From the NCBI GenBank assembly GCA_040766745.1, contig JAXGPX010000001.1, positions 187,950-251,949 on the forward strand: a DNA stretch of 64,000 nt, written 5' to 3'. Under the pieces are notes generated by a model that searched no databases, was not told the origin of the DNA, and saw nothing but the letters and a program-made list of their open reading frames with translations. A program made the translations under genes and the position numbers. This DNA is from Bacillota bacterium (GTDB lineage Bacteria; Bacillota; Sulfobacillia; Fermentithermobacillales; Fermentithermobacillaceae). Positions 25,542 through 35,731 of the stretch are shown piece after piece; position 1 is the stretch's first letter, and every line of letters starts with the position of its first letter.

Positions 25542-26951
25542 ATGAGCCGGCTTAGAACTGTGAACGGGCGCATTCTCTCCGTTATCGGATTCTCCTTCCT
25601 CTTTGCTTATATCCTGTCTTTCCTGTTTGAGGGGCAGGTCCTCTACAGTCTCTTGGAGCTCCGTAAAGCCGAGGCCTCCGGTTACATACTGGCAGCTATT
25701 GTTTCACATTTTGTGGGACTGTTCTCTTGCGGCTATCTTGCGAAGTCTCCAATCGTGGCAAAATATACAATGTTTGGCGGTATGGGTGTATGTTTCATTG
25801 TGACTTTACCGTTCTTTTTTACTTCATCAGCGCTGTGGGCAATAGCGTTGCTCGTCAGTGGGTATGTGTCAGGCTGTGCCGTGGCGTCGTGGGGCTATTT
25901 CCTCAAGGCATTTACTCCAAAGAATGAACGCATCAAATCCTGCGCGGACGTTCTGATCTACTCTAATATTATAATGATTGCAGTCAATGTGGTGGCCATG
26001 AATCGGTCACCATTTTTCGGACTTGCTCTTTCTATGTTTTGCCTTGTGGCGGGTATGGCGTTCATTTGGGTGGTGCCTACCGATACGAACAATGGCTGGC
26101 GGAAGGAAGAAAGCAAACCGAGCGGCGACATACTAAAACCGTTGATGTTGCTATGCCTATTTGTCTTTATCATAACGATCGACTCTGGCCTTATGTATCA
26201 GGTCATAAATCCCAGTTTTGAGCATCTTACAGGCCTCGTGAGTTGGTATTGGGCCGTGCCATATATTGTAGCCCTCGCCATTATGCGGAACCTGCCAATG
26301 AAGGTCAAACGTTCAAGTATTTTGTATGTTGGTGTGGCAATGATTATGGGGGCATTCATAAGCTTTATGCTGCTCGGACGGAACGCTTCGGATTATCTTG
26401 TCGTGGATACCCTGATGCTCGGCGCATGCGGTATTTTCGATCTGTTCTGGTGGAGTATCATCGGGGAGATGCTGGACTATACTGAAAATCCGGTCAAGGT
26501 GTTTGGCATTGGGCTCTCATCAAATGTGTTCGGAGTGCTTTGCGGCGGTGTTGTCGGAATGGCGGTAACTTCCTTTCAACTCCCTGGCGCAGAGGTGGCG
26601 GTCATTGCCCTCACGATTGTATGTGTCACGCTAGTTATGCTACCGCCGCTCAACCGTCAGCTTATTATGCTGCTTAAGAATCATGCTTATCTTGCTGCCT
26701 ATGATAGCATGAGCGAAAACCAGCAGACGGCTATCCTTCATCAGATAAAAACCCTTGTTCCTCTGACCGACCGGGAGCAGGAGGTATTACAGCTTATCCT
26801 TTTCGGCAAATCCAACCGTGAAATTGCCGAAACGTTGTTCCTCAGCGAAAGTACTATCAAAACCCACACAAGAAATATTTTCTCAAAATATGATGTCCGC
26901 AGCCGTGCGGAGCTTATTAGCATCCTGCTTAGAAACCAATCCGATTCGTAA
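25542..26951 (+). CDS. Membrane-embedded LuxR-family regulator: N-terminal polytopic membrane domain (about 10-12 TM) fused to a C-terminal LuxR/GerE HTH
   Basis: The C-terminus LTDREQEVLQLILFGKSNREIAETLFLSESTIKTHTRNIFSKYDVRSRAEL is a LuxR HTH. The N-terminal 380 aa are hydrophobic helices. ATG 25542 has GGGAGG 7 nt upstream. Confidence 0.7.
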   Translation: MSRLRTVNGRILSVIGFSFLFAYILSFLFEGQVLYSLLELRKAEASGYILAAIVSHFVGLFSCGYLAKSPIVAKYTMFGGMGVCFIVTLPFFFTSSALWAIALLVSGYVSGCAVASWGYFLKAFTPKNERIKSCADVLIYSNIIMIAVNVVAMNRSPFFGLALSMFCLVAGMAFIWVVPTDTNNGWRKEESKPSGDILKPLMLLCLFVFIITIDSGLMYQVINPSFEHLTGLVSWYWAVPYIVALAIMRNLPMKVKRSSILYVGVAMIMGAFISFMLLGRNASDYLVVDTLMLGACGIFDLFWWSIIGEMLDYTENPVKVFGIGLSSNVFGVLCGGVVGMAVTSFQLPGAEVAVIALTIVCVTLVMLPPLNRQLIMLLKNHAYLAAYDSMSENQQTAILHQIKTLVPLTDREQEVLQLILFGKSNREIAETLFLSESTIKTHTRNIFSKYDVRSRAELISILLRNQSDS

Positions 26952-27090
26952 CTGCAAAAACCTCATAAATACTGATAATTCGGCCTCTCATACTAAAGTA
27001 TGAAAGCCTTTTTACTGCGATTTCATACTTTAGGTCGATGACTTACCCCTCATTTTGCGCTAACGCTTTATACAGGAGGCGTGATGGTAT

Positions 27091-27600
27091 ATGAGGGCGA
27101 TCCGGAAACTGCGCAATGGTTACGCCGTGCTTTTTGCAGCCGGTATTTGCTTGACAGTGTGGTTTGCAGTGAAGGTCATGGCGGGGGCTGCGCTCATTTT
27201 TGGAGCCTTAAGTATCGCCTTGTTCATATTCTTGGTAAGGCAAAGCCGTTTGCTTCATGACGCAAATCTTATCTGGGACAATCGCATCCTCGTGGTTCCG
27301 TCGGTTGTAGTCTCCATATCGGGAGGCAATGAAGAAACAGACCCTTGCGAAACCGTAGTGTCCACCTTCGGTATCCTTATTGGCAGCAAAATCTACAAAT
27401 GGGGTTGTGAAGGGGTGCGTGGAGTACGGCTGAATGCCATTGAAATTAATCGAACCCGGATCTATCTGACATTCGGTGACGGAGTCGAAACCATTCGGGT
27501 GGAGCTTCTCCACGGTATGGTCGACGAACAGGCGGTGATGGAGGTGAAGCAAAAACTATGGCGTGAAACCGGCGCGGAATCGGTCGTCAGCGGCTGGTAA
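27091..27600 (+). CDS. Hypothetical membrane-anchored protein (169 aa)
   Basis: ORF with two N-terminal TM helices, placed between the LuxR gene and the giant surface protein gene. No recognisable domain. Confidence 0.4.
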   Translation: MRAIRKLRNGYAVLFAAGICLTVWFAVKVMAGAALIFGALSIALFIFLVRQSRLLHDANLIWDNRILVVPSVVVSISGGNEETDPCETVVSTFGILIGSKIYKWGCEGVRGVRLNAIEINRTRIYLTFGDGVETIRVELLHGMVDEQAVMEVKQKLWRETGAESVVSGW

Positions 27601-27654
27601 AAGGGTAGTTCTTCTCACGTTGTTTGTAGGATCAGGAAAGAGGAGATGGTTATA

Positions 27655-30600
27655 ATGCAGAAAAACTACAGGAGAATACGAAGGCACCTATGTATCCTAT
27701 TGCTCGTGTGCATAGTGTCTACCTTTCCTATAGTGACAGTACCGGTGTTTGCGGCAGAAGGTACCGGAGTCACTGTAACTAATGTTCCAAGCATGCTCTG
27801 GGGAGGGCTTGGGCAGTATGTTGAATACGAAATGGACGGCATAAAATACCGTACTGACACGGCTTCCAGTGCGATAAACCGGTTGGCTTGGAGTCGCATG
27901 ACACAGGAAGATCGTCGCAAAACTTATGATAGGTTGTTTACCACGGCTGCAAGAAAGGCTGCCTTCGGAGAAGATGGGTTTGCCGATATCGTAAGCTGGA
28001 TTCGTGAAACCAACGAATGGTTCAAAGCCAATAGGCTTTGGAAGGACAGGATTGCCAACCGGGATTACCCTGAGCTACATGCGGTATTTAGCGATTCGGC
28101 GTCTTTGAGTACCGTCTATTCAGATTGGGACACGTTTAGGCTCTACTCTATCCCGCAGAATGTACCTCCGCGTAAACTGGAAGTAGAAGAGTTTGATAGG
28201 GCGCTGGCGGACGTAGAACTAAACTATGGGATCGGGCGACAATTCTATCAAAAAGTAGTGGATATGCACGCTAAGAATATCGGTGCTGCTGTGTCCTTTA
28301 CCATAATGCAATGTACCCAGATGCTCAGTGACATGCTTTTTGTTCCCAGCGTAGTCCAGGGAGCAAGTGTTGCTACCTCCGGCATGTTTGCTGATGTGAC
28401 AAATGTATTGTTGCAAGTTGTTGGGCTTGACGGCGGTTCCATCGCCGAAAAGGTAAACAAAGCTCTTGAGGGAGAGTCGGTGCAACTTACCGTGGGAGAG
28501 CAAATCAAGCTTCGCGCCGCGGTGATTGACACCTACGTTATTCTTGCACAGCGGAGCAAGAATGATATGGACGCGAGCATGAATGCTTTGCGTGCTGCCC
28601 ATACCAAAATAGAAGAGTTGTCTCAGGCAATTGAATACTATGACCGGCAACTTGAGCTAGAGAAGCAGCAGGCAAAGAAAAACTACCAGACAAATCTGGA
28701 TGAGACTCTTGTCAGCCCTACGCCAACTGAGCCGGGAGAAAGCGATGAGGTTTACAGCACCCTGGCTTTTATGTGGAAGACAGAAGCAGAGCTTAAACGG
28801 GATCTGTTTCATAATAATTTCAACGAATGGCTGTCCGAAAACAGTATTGAAGATGGTTATGCGTACCCTCAGGCGGCAGAACTGGTATTTGCCGAAGTGT
28901 TGGCACAAAAGGCAGTCTTGGATCAAGAAGTTGCAGAAAAGGTGGATATAATCTGCGATAAGATCAAGACCGCTTACACCAATGCAAACGGAAAGGTAGA
29001 AGCGTTAGAAGCAGAGCTTGGCGGGCTGCAGAACCAAGTGAATTCCAACTTGCCAGAAGATGAAACTGATCTCATCAGGGTTCCCGTGGGGGATACCTTC
29101 TTTTACGGCACAGAAGTTTTCGCCCCTGAGCTTGAAAACTACGCTAATTCTGGGCGGGCATATGATGACTATTTCCAGGAACTACAGGCCCACATTTCTG
29201 AATATAAGACGAAAGTCGCTGATCTGTTGGCGAGTGTTAAGGCATTAAAAGACGGGACTTCGGGGTTCTACGGAGAGATCGAAAAAGATGTTCAGGATGT
29301 GATGCTTTATCTTGATCTACTGGACAGCCTGGCGGAAAATTATTCGACTTTATATCTCAATGCAGTTTGGAAGTTATACAATGACTCAGGCCAAGACATC
29401 GATCCAAACTACGATCAAATTCCTTTTATCAACCCGTATAATGATGATGAAGGAGCATACCGCACAAACGGTTTTGAGATAGCAGTTGATCAAAATTGCC
29501 TGTCGGCTGAAGTGTATACACCTGATGCATTAGCGGTCACTCGTCCAACTGGGGTATATGATCAAGCGTACACGTTGTATCAGGAACTCTCGGATATGGA
29601 AGAGGAACTAGATAGTGCATATTCTGCAAGCTTTCAAAATGATGCAGCTTACAAGGCGGGAAGAACAAAGTACTACGAGGAAATGGACAACTGGCTTTTG
29701 GCATACAAGACGCTAGAACAGAAGATGGCCAACGCTCTTGGTAAGATAAAGAGTATCACAGACGCTTACGAGGCGTCATGGGATGGTACTTTCTTTCTCG
29801 GAAGCTATGACTACATCAGTTATCAGCCTTACCTTTACAACACCGGTTTGGTATCTGTTTCCGCCTTCGACGTGGCGGGCTTGCGCGAACATATTCGCGG
29901 CGGCGGGAATACTTCATCCCTATACACAAAACTCAAGGATATTGAGCGCAAAGCGGAGATTAATGAAGCGGTGGCGGCGGACCTTATCGGGCAGATTGGT
30001 GCTCTAAACATTGAAATGGAGCAGATGAGAGATGATACACTAGACAATTACGCAGTAAGCAAGGGAATGCCGTGCAAGAATTTCTACTCCCTTCGAAGTG
30101 AGTACGGCCTTGACGATAGATGGGGCAATTTGACTAGAAGCAGCGACGACGTCTTGGCCTACTTCAACACCTGCGATATCCCCCAAATCTGCGATATTTT
30201 GCAGGGAGAAACCGATGACGTTGTCTTCATGCAAAACGCCATTAAGGAAATTCGAGGCTATCTTGATGCCGATACGGTGGCCACCGTTCCCGTCAGTAAT
30301 CGCCTGTACGACATTTACCGGAAGGCTACGGGCATTAAGGACATATATACCGGCGGCACCTACAACAATTATGGCCTTCTGACCGAAGCACAGCATACGG
30401 AACTTCTGTATCTGTATGCAAATCCCAATGATGCCGATGACATTTACAACACGATGAATTCCGTCCGGTACAAACACGAAGACGTAAGTTACACCTATCC
30501 GCCTTCACCACATGATGGTGTGGATCAATTTGGCCCTGTTGGGGAGCCCACTTCTACTGCGGCATTTCCTGGAACGATGGCGGTGCAGGCGCCCATCTAC

Positions 30601-33237
30601 CATCCCCTGGCCGTTGAAGCAAAAAGCATTACCGCAACGCTGTATGTCTATGATGCCGGCTGGTCAAAGGTTCAAACCCTAAGCGGTACAGAAGATTTGC
30701 TAGACGGGATTATTGACACGGGAAACGACATGCTTAGAATGTCTTTTACGGGCCTGGAAGACGGAAGGGATTATCGAGTGGACTGGGACATCGTCCATGC
30801 CCCTTATGGTACGGCAGAGCACGAGGAAGGAAACTACTACTTTACATATACCGCTCCTGTTGGAGTTTTTACTACAGTCGAACTGAATGAGGAGACTTAT
30901 GATTCTGCCAGTGTGGCCGTTACCAACAATTCTGGCGAAGTGCTTAGCGACAAGTATGTATATCTAGATGGCTATGACGAAGATGAAAACCTCGTTTTGT
31001 CACAAAAGAAGACGCTGAGTCCTCTGGATACGGGACAAACAACGACGCTTGAGTTCACCTTTGACGACGCTGTCTACACTGTTGAAGCCTGCGTTGAGGG
31101 CGAGGGAGGGCAAAGGCCGGGGGCCCCTGTCCGGCTGGAGGTTGAAGGCGGAGACAGTATAATAGCAGTCCCCGGAGTCGGAGAAGCAGCCAATGATTCG
31201 GTTCCCTTTACCGCCACAGTGTACGATCAGTACGGAGAGGTCTACGAGGGGGGAACCATCGACTGGAGCCTTTCCCCACAGACGAATGGCGTTTCCATCG
31301 GTCAAGACGGGGTTGTCACAGTGACAAGCGCAGCGAGAAATGTAATTAGCGATGACTTGATTTGCACGGTTACCGCAACCCTTCGCGGTACAACGGTTTC
31401 AGGTACGAAAGTTTTCACGACAACTATTGATATCGTGAGTGAGGATGTAGTTGTGGATTGGACAGCCGTTGAGGATATGATTGGCAGCGCAAGTTATACA
31501 TACGGTGATAGAGACGATAAAGCCGGCCCTCTTGGAGAAGGTGCGGCGGCTGCAGGTGATATTCCTCTTCAGGGAACGTTTTCCTACAAAGACCCTGAAG
31601 GGATAAGGAATTCAGGAGAGCAAGTCATTACAGTGATTTTTACTGTAACTACTGCAGGAGACTACCAGGGGTTACAACTGGAGCATGACGTTGCGGTTAC
31701 AGTAACTAAGCGGGGAATTACCGGTACCTTGATGATAACCGGAAAAGGTGCTGTGGGTGAAATGCTGACCGCTGTCTTCACCTCTGAAATCGGCCCGGAA
31801 GAATATGCCATTGTATGGTTATCCGGAGGGAGTCCGGTTGTAACAGCGCCAACCTATACCGTGGCAGCGGGAGACCGGGGTAAGACGATTACTGTAAGGG
31901 TCGTGGGCAAGAGAAACTATACAGGAGAAGTTGCAGGCGAGAACGGAATATCCATTCCTTCTCTTATTCCCGAAACACCCGGGACAGGCGGAGACGAAGG
32001 TTCACCATCACCTGGGCCACGTCAGCCAGAGAACGGGAACGATATCACTGCCGAAACAACATCCGGCACAATTACAACTGCCGTAGTCGACAGAGTCAGG
32101 CTGGAAACCTATATTGAAACAGCAGAAAGAGGTTCGGGAATCGTCATTACCATATCAGAAAATGACACCTCAACCGCCGAGATTCCGCTAGACACTTTTG
32201 AAACCATGGCGGAAAGGGAAATGACTCTGACATTGCAAAGTGGCGCTACAGCCATTAGCATTCCCTCTGCCTCCATAGATTTCGGCGCGGTGAGAGAACT
32301 TTTCGGACCGGAAGCAGAGTACGGCGACATCCCCGTCTCCATCTCCATTTCACAGCTTTCCCCTGGTGAAACGGCTGCGCTGCACTCGGCAGCCGCGTCG
32401 GAAGGGCTGGGAATTCTAGGTACTCCTGTTGTGTTCAGTGTTTCCGCATCTTTCAATGAAAAGACTGTTGAAGTCGCCAGTTTTAAGCAGTATGTACAAA
32501 GGCGTTTTGAGGTTACGCAGGAGATCGCGGAAAACGTTTCAACAGCTCTTGTTTTCCAAGAAGATAACACCTTCCGGCCTGTACCGACTTCTGTATGCTT
32601 AGAGAATGGCAAATACTATGTCATCGTGGCTTCCCGCACCAACTCGGCCTATGTGCTTGTATCCCATACTGTCTTGTTTGGTGATACAGGCGGTAGGTGG
32701 TACGAGGATGTGGCGAAGGAGATGGCAGGCAGACAAATCATCCGGGGTACTGGCAACAATACCTTTGCCGGAGACAGAGAGATCACCAGAGCCGAATTTG
32801 CGGCCATCATTGTCCGCGCTTTGGGTCTTGCTGAAAAAGGCGTATCTGCATTCAATGATGTACCCAAAGATGCATGGTATAACGGAGCGGTTGCCGCAGC
32901 GGCAGAATACGAAATCGTGTCTGGGCGGGGTGAAAACAGGTTTGATCCGATGGCTAAGATCACCCGTGAGGAAGCAATGCAGATGGTATTTAACGCCTCG
33001 AAGCTTACTCCGTTTAGTGGAGTGGAGGGAGAAGTCAACAGCGAGGCCTTCAGCGACTACGAAGCGAAGTCCCAATGGGCTGCGGAAGCAGTTGACTTCA
33101 ATCTGATCAACGGCCTGATTGTTGGTTCAAACGGCAAGATCAATCCGAAGGCAAACATAACCCGCGGCGAGACTGCTGCAGTTGTCTTGAGACTATTGCA
33201 AGAAGCAAACCTGGTGAATGATAGAACCGAAATGTGA
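27655..33237 (+). CDS. Giant (about 1860 aa) cell-surface protein: signal peptide, long coiled-coil N-terminal region, central Ig-like (Big_2-type) domains, and three C-terminal SLH (S-layer homology) repeats
   Basis: Signal peptide ...PIVTVPVFA/AEG. Big_2-like segments (e.g. FTATVYDQYGEVYEGGTIDWSLSP...VVTVTSAA). Three SLH modules near the C-terminus (FGDTGGRWYEDVAKEMAGRQIIRGTGNNTFAGDREITRAEFAAIIVRALGL / FNDVPKDAWYNGAVAAAAEYEIVSG / FSDYEAKSQWAAEAVDFNLINGLIVG). The second ATG (27655) has better RBS spacing. Confidence 0.8.
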   Translation: MQKNYRRIRRHLCILLLVCIVSTFPIVTVPVFAAEGTGVTVTNVPSMLWGGLGQYVEYEMDGIKYRTDTASSAINRLAWSRMTQEDRRKTYDRLFTTAARKAAFGEDGFADIVSWIRETNEWFKANRLWKDRIANRDYPELHAVFSDSASLSTVYSDWDTFRLYSIPQNVPPRKLEVEEFDRALADVELNYGIGRQFYQKVVDMHAKNIGAAVSFTIMQCTQMLSDMLFVPSVVQGASVATSGMFADVTNVLLQVVGLDGGSIAEKVNKALEGESVQLTVGEQIKLRAAVIDTYVILAQRSKNDMDASMNALRAAHTKIEELSQAIEYYDRQLELEKQQAKKNYQTNLDETLVSPTPTEPGESDEVYSTLAFMWKTEAELKRDLFHNNFNEWLSENSIEDGYAYPQAAELVFAEVLAQKAVLDQEVAEKVDIICDKIKTAYTNANGKVEALEAELGGLQNQVNSNLPEDETDLIRVPVGDTFFYGTEVFAPELENYANSGRAYDDYFQELQAHISEYKTKVADLLASVKALKDGTSGFYGEIEKDVQDVMLYLDLLDSLAENYSTLYLNAVWKLYNDSGQDIDPNYDQIPFINPYNDDEGAYRTNGFEIAVDQNCLSAEVYTPDALAVTRPTGVYDQAYTLYQELSDMEEELDSAYSASFQNDAAYKAGRTKYYEEMDNWLLAYKTLEQKMANALGKIKSITDAYEASWDGTFFLGSYDYISYQPYLYNTGLVSVSAFDVAGLREHIRGGGNTSSLYTKLKDIERKAEINEAVAADLIGQIGALNIEMEQMRDDTLDNYAVSKGMPCKNFYSLRSEYGLDDRWGNLTRSSDDVLAYFNTCDIPQICDILQGETDDVVFMQNAIKEIRGYLDADTVATVPVSNRLYDIYRKATGIKDIYTGGTYNNYGLLTEAQHTELLYLYANPNDADDIYNTMNSVRYKHEDVSYTYPPSPHDGVDQFGPVGEPTSTAAFPGTMAVQAPIYHPLAVEAKSITATLYVYDAGWSKVQTLSGTEDLLDGIIDTGNDMLRMSFTGLEDGRDYRVDWDIVHAPYGTAEHEEGNYYFTYTAPVGVFTTVELNEETYDSASVAVTNNSGEVLSDKYVYLDGYDEDENLVLSQKKTLSPLDTGQTTTLEFTFDDAVYTVEACVEGEGGQRPGAPVRLEVEGGDSIIAVPGVGEAANDSVPFTATVYDQYGEVYEGGTIDWSLSPQTNGVSIGQDGVVTVTSAARNVISDDLICTVTATLRGTTVSGTKVFTTTIDIVSEDVVVDWTAVEDMIGSASYTYGDRDDKAGPLGEGAAAAGDIPLQGTFSYKDPEGIRNSGEQVITVIFTVTTAGDYQGLQLEHDVAVTVTKRGITGTLMITGKGAVGEMLTAVFTSEIGPEEYAIVWLSGGSPVVTAPTYTVAAGDRGKTITVRVVGKRNYTGEVAGENGISIPSLIPETPGTGGDEGSPSPGPRQPENGNDITAETTSGTITTAVVDRVRLETYIETAERGSGIVITISENDTSTAEIPLDTFETMAEREMTLTLQSGATAISIPSASIDFGAVRELFGPEAEYGDIPVSISISQLSPGETAALHSAAASEGLGILGTPVVFSVSASFNEKTVEVASFKQYVQRRFEVTQEIAENVSTALVFQEDNTFRPVPTSVCLENGKYYVIVASRTNSAYVLVSHTVLFGDTGGRWYEDVAKEMAGRQIIRGTGNNTFAGDREITRAEFAAIIVRALGLAEKGVSAFNDVPKDAWYNGAVAAAAEYEIVSGRGENRFDPMAKITREEAMQMVFNASKLTPFSGVEGEVNSEAFSDYEAKSQWAAEAVDFNLINGLIVGSNGKINPKANITRGETAAVVLRLLQEANLVNDRTEM

Positions 33238-33252
33238 GTGCAGGCTGCTGAT

Positions 33253-33293
33253 GAAAAACCCGTGGGCAGAATTATCGCGCCCACGGGTTTCTT
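33253..33293. terminator. Bidirectional rho-independent terminator between convergent genes
   Basis: aaaaa-acccgtgggc-agaattatcgc-gcccacgggt-ttctt: perfect 10-bp stem with A-run and T-run flanks. Confidence 0.7.
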
Positions 33294-33310
33294 AACGCGA
33301 TAAGCCCGCA

Positions 33311-34561
33311 CTATAACACCAATTTACTTAGTATCAGCACGATTACCACCTTGCAGAGCAACCCTAGGGGGTATGTTGCCCCATATCCGCCGGCAGCTTC
33401 ATTGCACCCGGTGGCGTCAATGGCTGCGCCCAGACCAGGGGTAGAGGTCATGCTACCGCAGATGGCTCCTGATAGGATGACCCAGTTCATCCCCAATACG
33501 TAACGTCCGAATAAGAAACCAACCAAGATCGAAGTAGCTGTAGTTAAGATGCCGACCAAGACTAGCATGGCATTTGGCCCGGATATGGCGGTTACAGCTT
33601 GATGACCATAATTGAGGCCTACGTAGGCCAAAAAGTAATACAGGGCTACCTGCTTAATTACGTTGAGGGCTCGTTCATCCATTCGGAAGCGGCCTCGACT
33701 ACCCAAGACCAGGGCTGTAACCAGTACTCCCCCTGTGGTACCCAGGCTAATCCTACCAATTGAGCCCAGGGGTATACTAATGCTACCCAGTAAATATCCA
33801 ATGATAGATACCAGCGCTAGGGTGGCCATACTGAATGGTGCAGGCTCTGGTTCAGCAGCCGTATCATTATTGCGATTAACTAGACCTCTATCTAACTGCA
33901 TGACCTCTCGCTGCAAATCCAACCCGAAAATTCGAGGCAATATCTGTATGCCGGTAATGACAGTTATCACACTAAAAGGATACGCAACAGCATAACCCAT
34001 ACCTACGCTCGCCTGGGCGGCTCGGGCTGCCGGCGATGACGGATCGGCAAACATACGGGCAGCAGATTCTAGGGCTACACCGAGTCCAGGCGAGCTGGTC
34101 AGCGCGCCGGTGTAAAGCCCGGTGATGGCACGCATATCGAGGGCGCCAATCAGGTGAAAGAGTGAATAAGCCACACTTGCGCCAGTAAGGGTGATAACGA
34201 TGGCTAGCAGCAAAAACTTAATGCCATTACCATGAAAGACTTTTGCTACGCTTTTTGAGGCAATCAAGCCTACTGAAGCAACAAACAGGAGAAGAAAAAA
34301 ATCGAAATATGCCTTATCTATTAATCCATTTTTCACTATACGCACTGCATACACAGGAACGTCAGAAGCTCCGTCAGCTACCGCGGTTTCGAATGGCGCC
34401 ACAAGGCGGCTGTAGACTAGCCAGCTTAGGGCCATGCCGGCAAACAGCGTGCCCGAAACACCGAGTTTGAAACGTGCTACATTTATCTTGCCAAGGTAAT
34501 GGCCGCACAAAATAGCCAGGCTCATTAAGAATAGTGGTTTAGTCAGCAAGACCATCTGCAA
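33311..34561 (-). CDS. Putative transporter with duplicated YidE/YbjL-type (AAE-family) membrane domains, lacking the TrkA_C insert
   Basis: N-terminus ...YLGKINVARFKLGVSGTLFAGMALSW resembles the YidE/YbjL N-terminal repeat. A second similar half follows. Polytopic. Confidence 0.5.
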   Translation of the reverse strand: MQMVLLTKPLFLMSLAILCGHYLGKINVARFKLGVSGTLFAGMALSWLVYSRLVAPFETAVADGASDVPVYAVRIVKNGLIDKAYFDFFLLLFVASVGLIASKSVAKVFHGNGIKFLLLAIVITLTGASVAYSLFHLIGALDMRAITGLYTGALTSSPGLGVALESAARMFADPSSPAARAAQASVGMGYAVAYPFSVITVITGIQILPRIFGLDLQREVMQLDRGLVNRNNDTAAEPEPAPFSMATLALVSIIGYLLGSISIPLGSIGRISLGTTGGVLVTALVLGSRGRFRMDERALNVIKQVALYYFLAYVGLNYGHQAVTAISGPNAMLVLVGILTTATSILVGFLFGRYVLGMNWVILSGAICGSMTSTPGLGAAIDATGCNEAAGGYGATYPLGLLCKVVIVLILSKLVL

Positions 34562-34735
34562 TTCATCTCCTGCCTGCTGGATTTCTCCTTAAGCTAGTAT
34601 AACTGATTACAGAATCCGTTGCCCGTTCATCACTATAGCTTCTATTTGGATCTGCAGTCCCAGCCTGGTGTAGATAACCCAGAACTTGATTGACAACATC
34701 TACCATCCCACGTATAGTGGGAAAAAGCGTGCGGG

Positions 34736-35731
34736 GTGATTCCGTTGGTCATCGCAACTAAGGCCCTCACAAAAACGTTTACCACCAAGATCAAGGAACC
34801 AGGGCTTAAGGGCTCAGTTCAAGCCATTTTCAGACCGGCAGCTGTAGATGTTCGCGCTGTCAAAGGAATCGACCTTTGTGTGGAACGCGGGGAGGTTGTG
34901 GCATTCATAGGCCCTAATGGCGCAGGCAAATCGACAACCATCAAGATGCTTACAGGCATACTACATCCTACTAGCGGAGAGGCGACCGTGCTGGGGCTTA
35001 CCCCATGGAAGGACCGTGAGCGGCTTTCATACAAGATAGGCTCTGTATTTGGCCAGAAATCGCAGCTGTGGTACCACCTGCCTCCAATCGATACTTTCAA
35101 TTTGCTCGGAAAGATATATGAAATGGACCAATCTGAGCAGATAAAGCGCCGTGATTTCCTGGTTGAAGCTTTCGAGATTGGGGATCTGATGAAGATTCCC
35201 GTGAGAAAACTCTCCCTGGGCCAAAGGATGCGGTGTGAAATTGCCGCGTCGCTGTTGCACAAACCTGAAGTCATTTTCCTTGATGAGCCGACTATCGGGT
35301 TGGACGTAGTTGCCCGCCAAAATGTGCGCCAGACTCTGAAACAATGGAACGACCAGGAAAAGGCCACGATATTTCTAACATCCCACGATGTTGGAGATAT
35401 TGAATACCTGGCCGGTAGGGTGGTCATCATCAACCACGGACAGATAGTGCTAGATGATCAGGTGAAGAACCTTAAATACCACTATCTGAGAAAAAAGATC
35501 GTTGATCTGAGATTTTCGGCTATACCTCCGGAACTGCACATTGCCGGTGTCAGAGTGCTTAAGTCTAAGGATACTGGGCTAAAGCTTGAGGTAGATACCG
35601 GCGTCGCCGGTATCGATGGAGTTATATCTGCTATCCTGAAGGAATACGAGGTTCAGGACATATCAATATCAGACCCCCCTCTTGAGGACATTATCGCAAG
35701 CATATTCACTGCAAAAGAGGAGGGGGCCTAG
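34736..35731 (+). CDS. ABC transporter ATP-binding protein
   Basis: Walker A GPNGAGKST, signature LSLGQRMR, Walker B IFLDEPTIGLD. GTG start. Confidence 0.8.
   Translation: MIPLVIATKALTKTFTTKIKEPGLKGSVQAIFRPAAVDVRAVKGIDLCVERGEVVAFIGPNGAGKSTTIKMLTGILHPTSGEATVLGLTPWKDRERLSYKIGSVFGQKSQLWYHLPPIDTFNLLGKIYEMDQSEQIKRRDFLVEAFEIGDLMKIPVRKLSLGQRMRCEIAASLLHKPEVIFLDEPTIGLDVVARQNVRQTLKQWNDQEKATIFLTSHDVGDIEYLAGRVVIINHGQIVLDDQVKNLKYHYLRKKIVDLRFSAIPPELHIAGVRVLKSKDTGLKLEVDTGVAGIDGVISAILKEYEVQDISISDPPLEDIIASIFTAKEEGA

Noticed and set aside
28219-33106. Multiple 60-170-aa ORFs on both strands inside the giant surface-protein gene (e.g. 28219-28650 -, 32109-32612 -, 32606-33106 +)
   Set aside because: They are nested within a continuous 1.86-kaa ORF with a coherent domain structure (signal peptide, Big_2, SLH), and are shadow ORFs.
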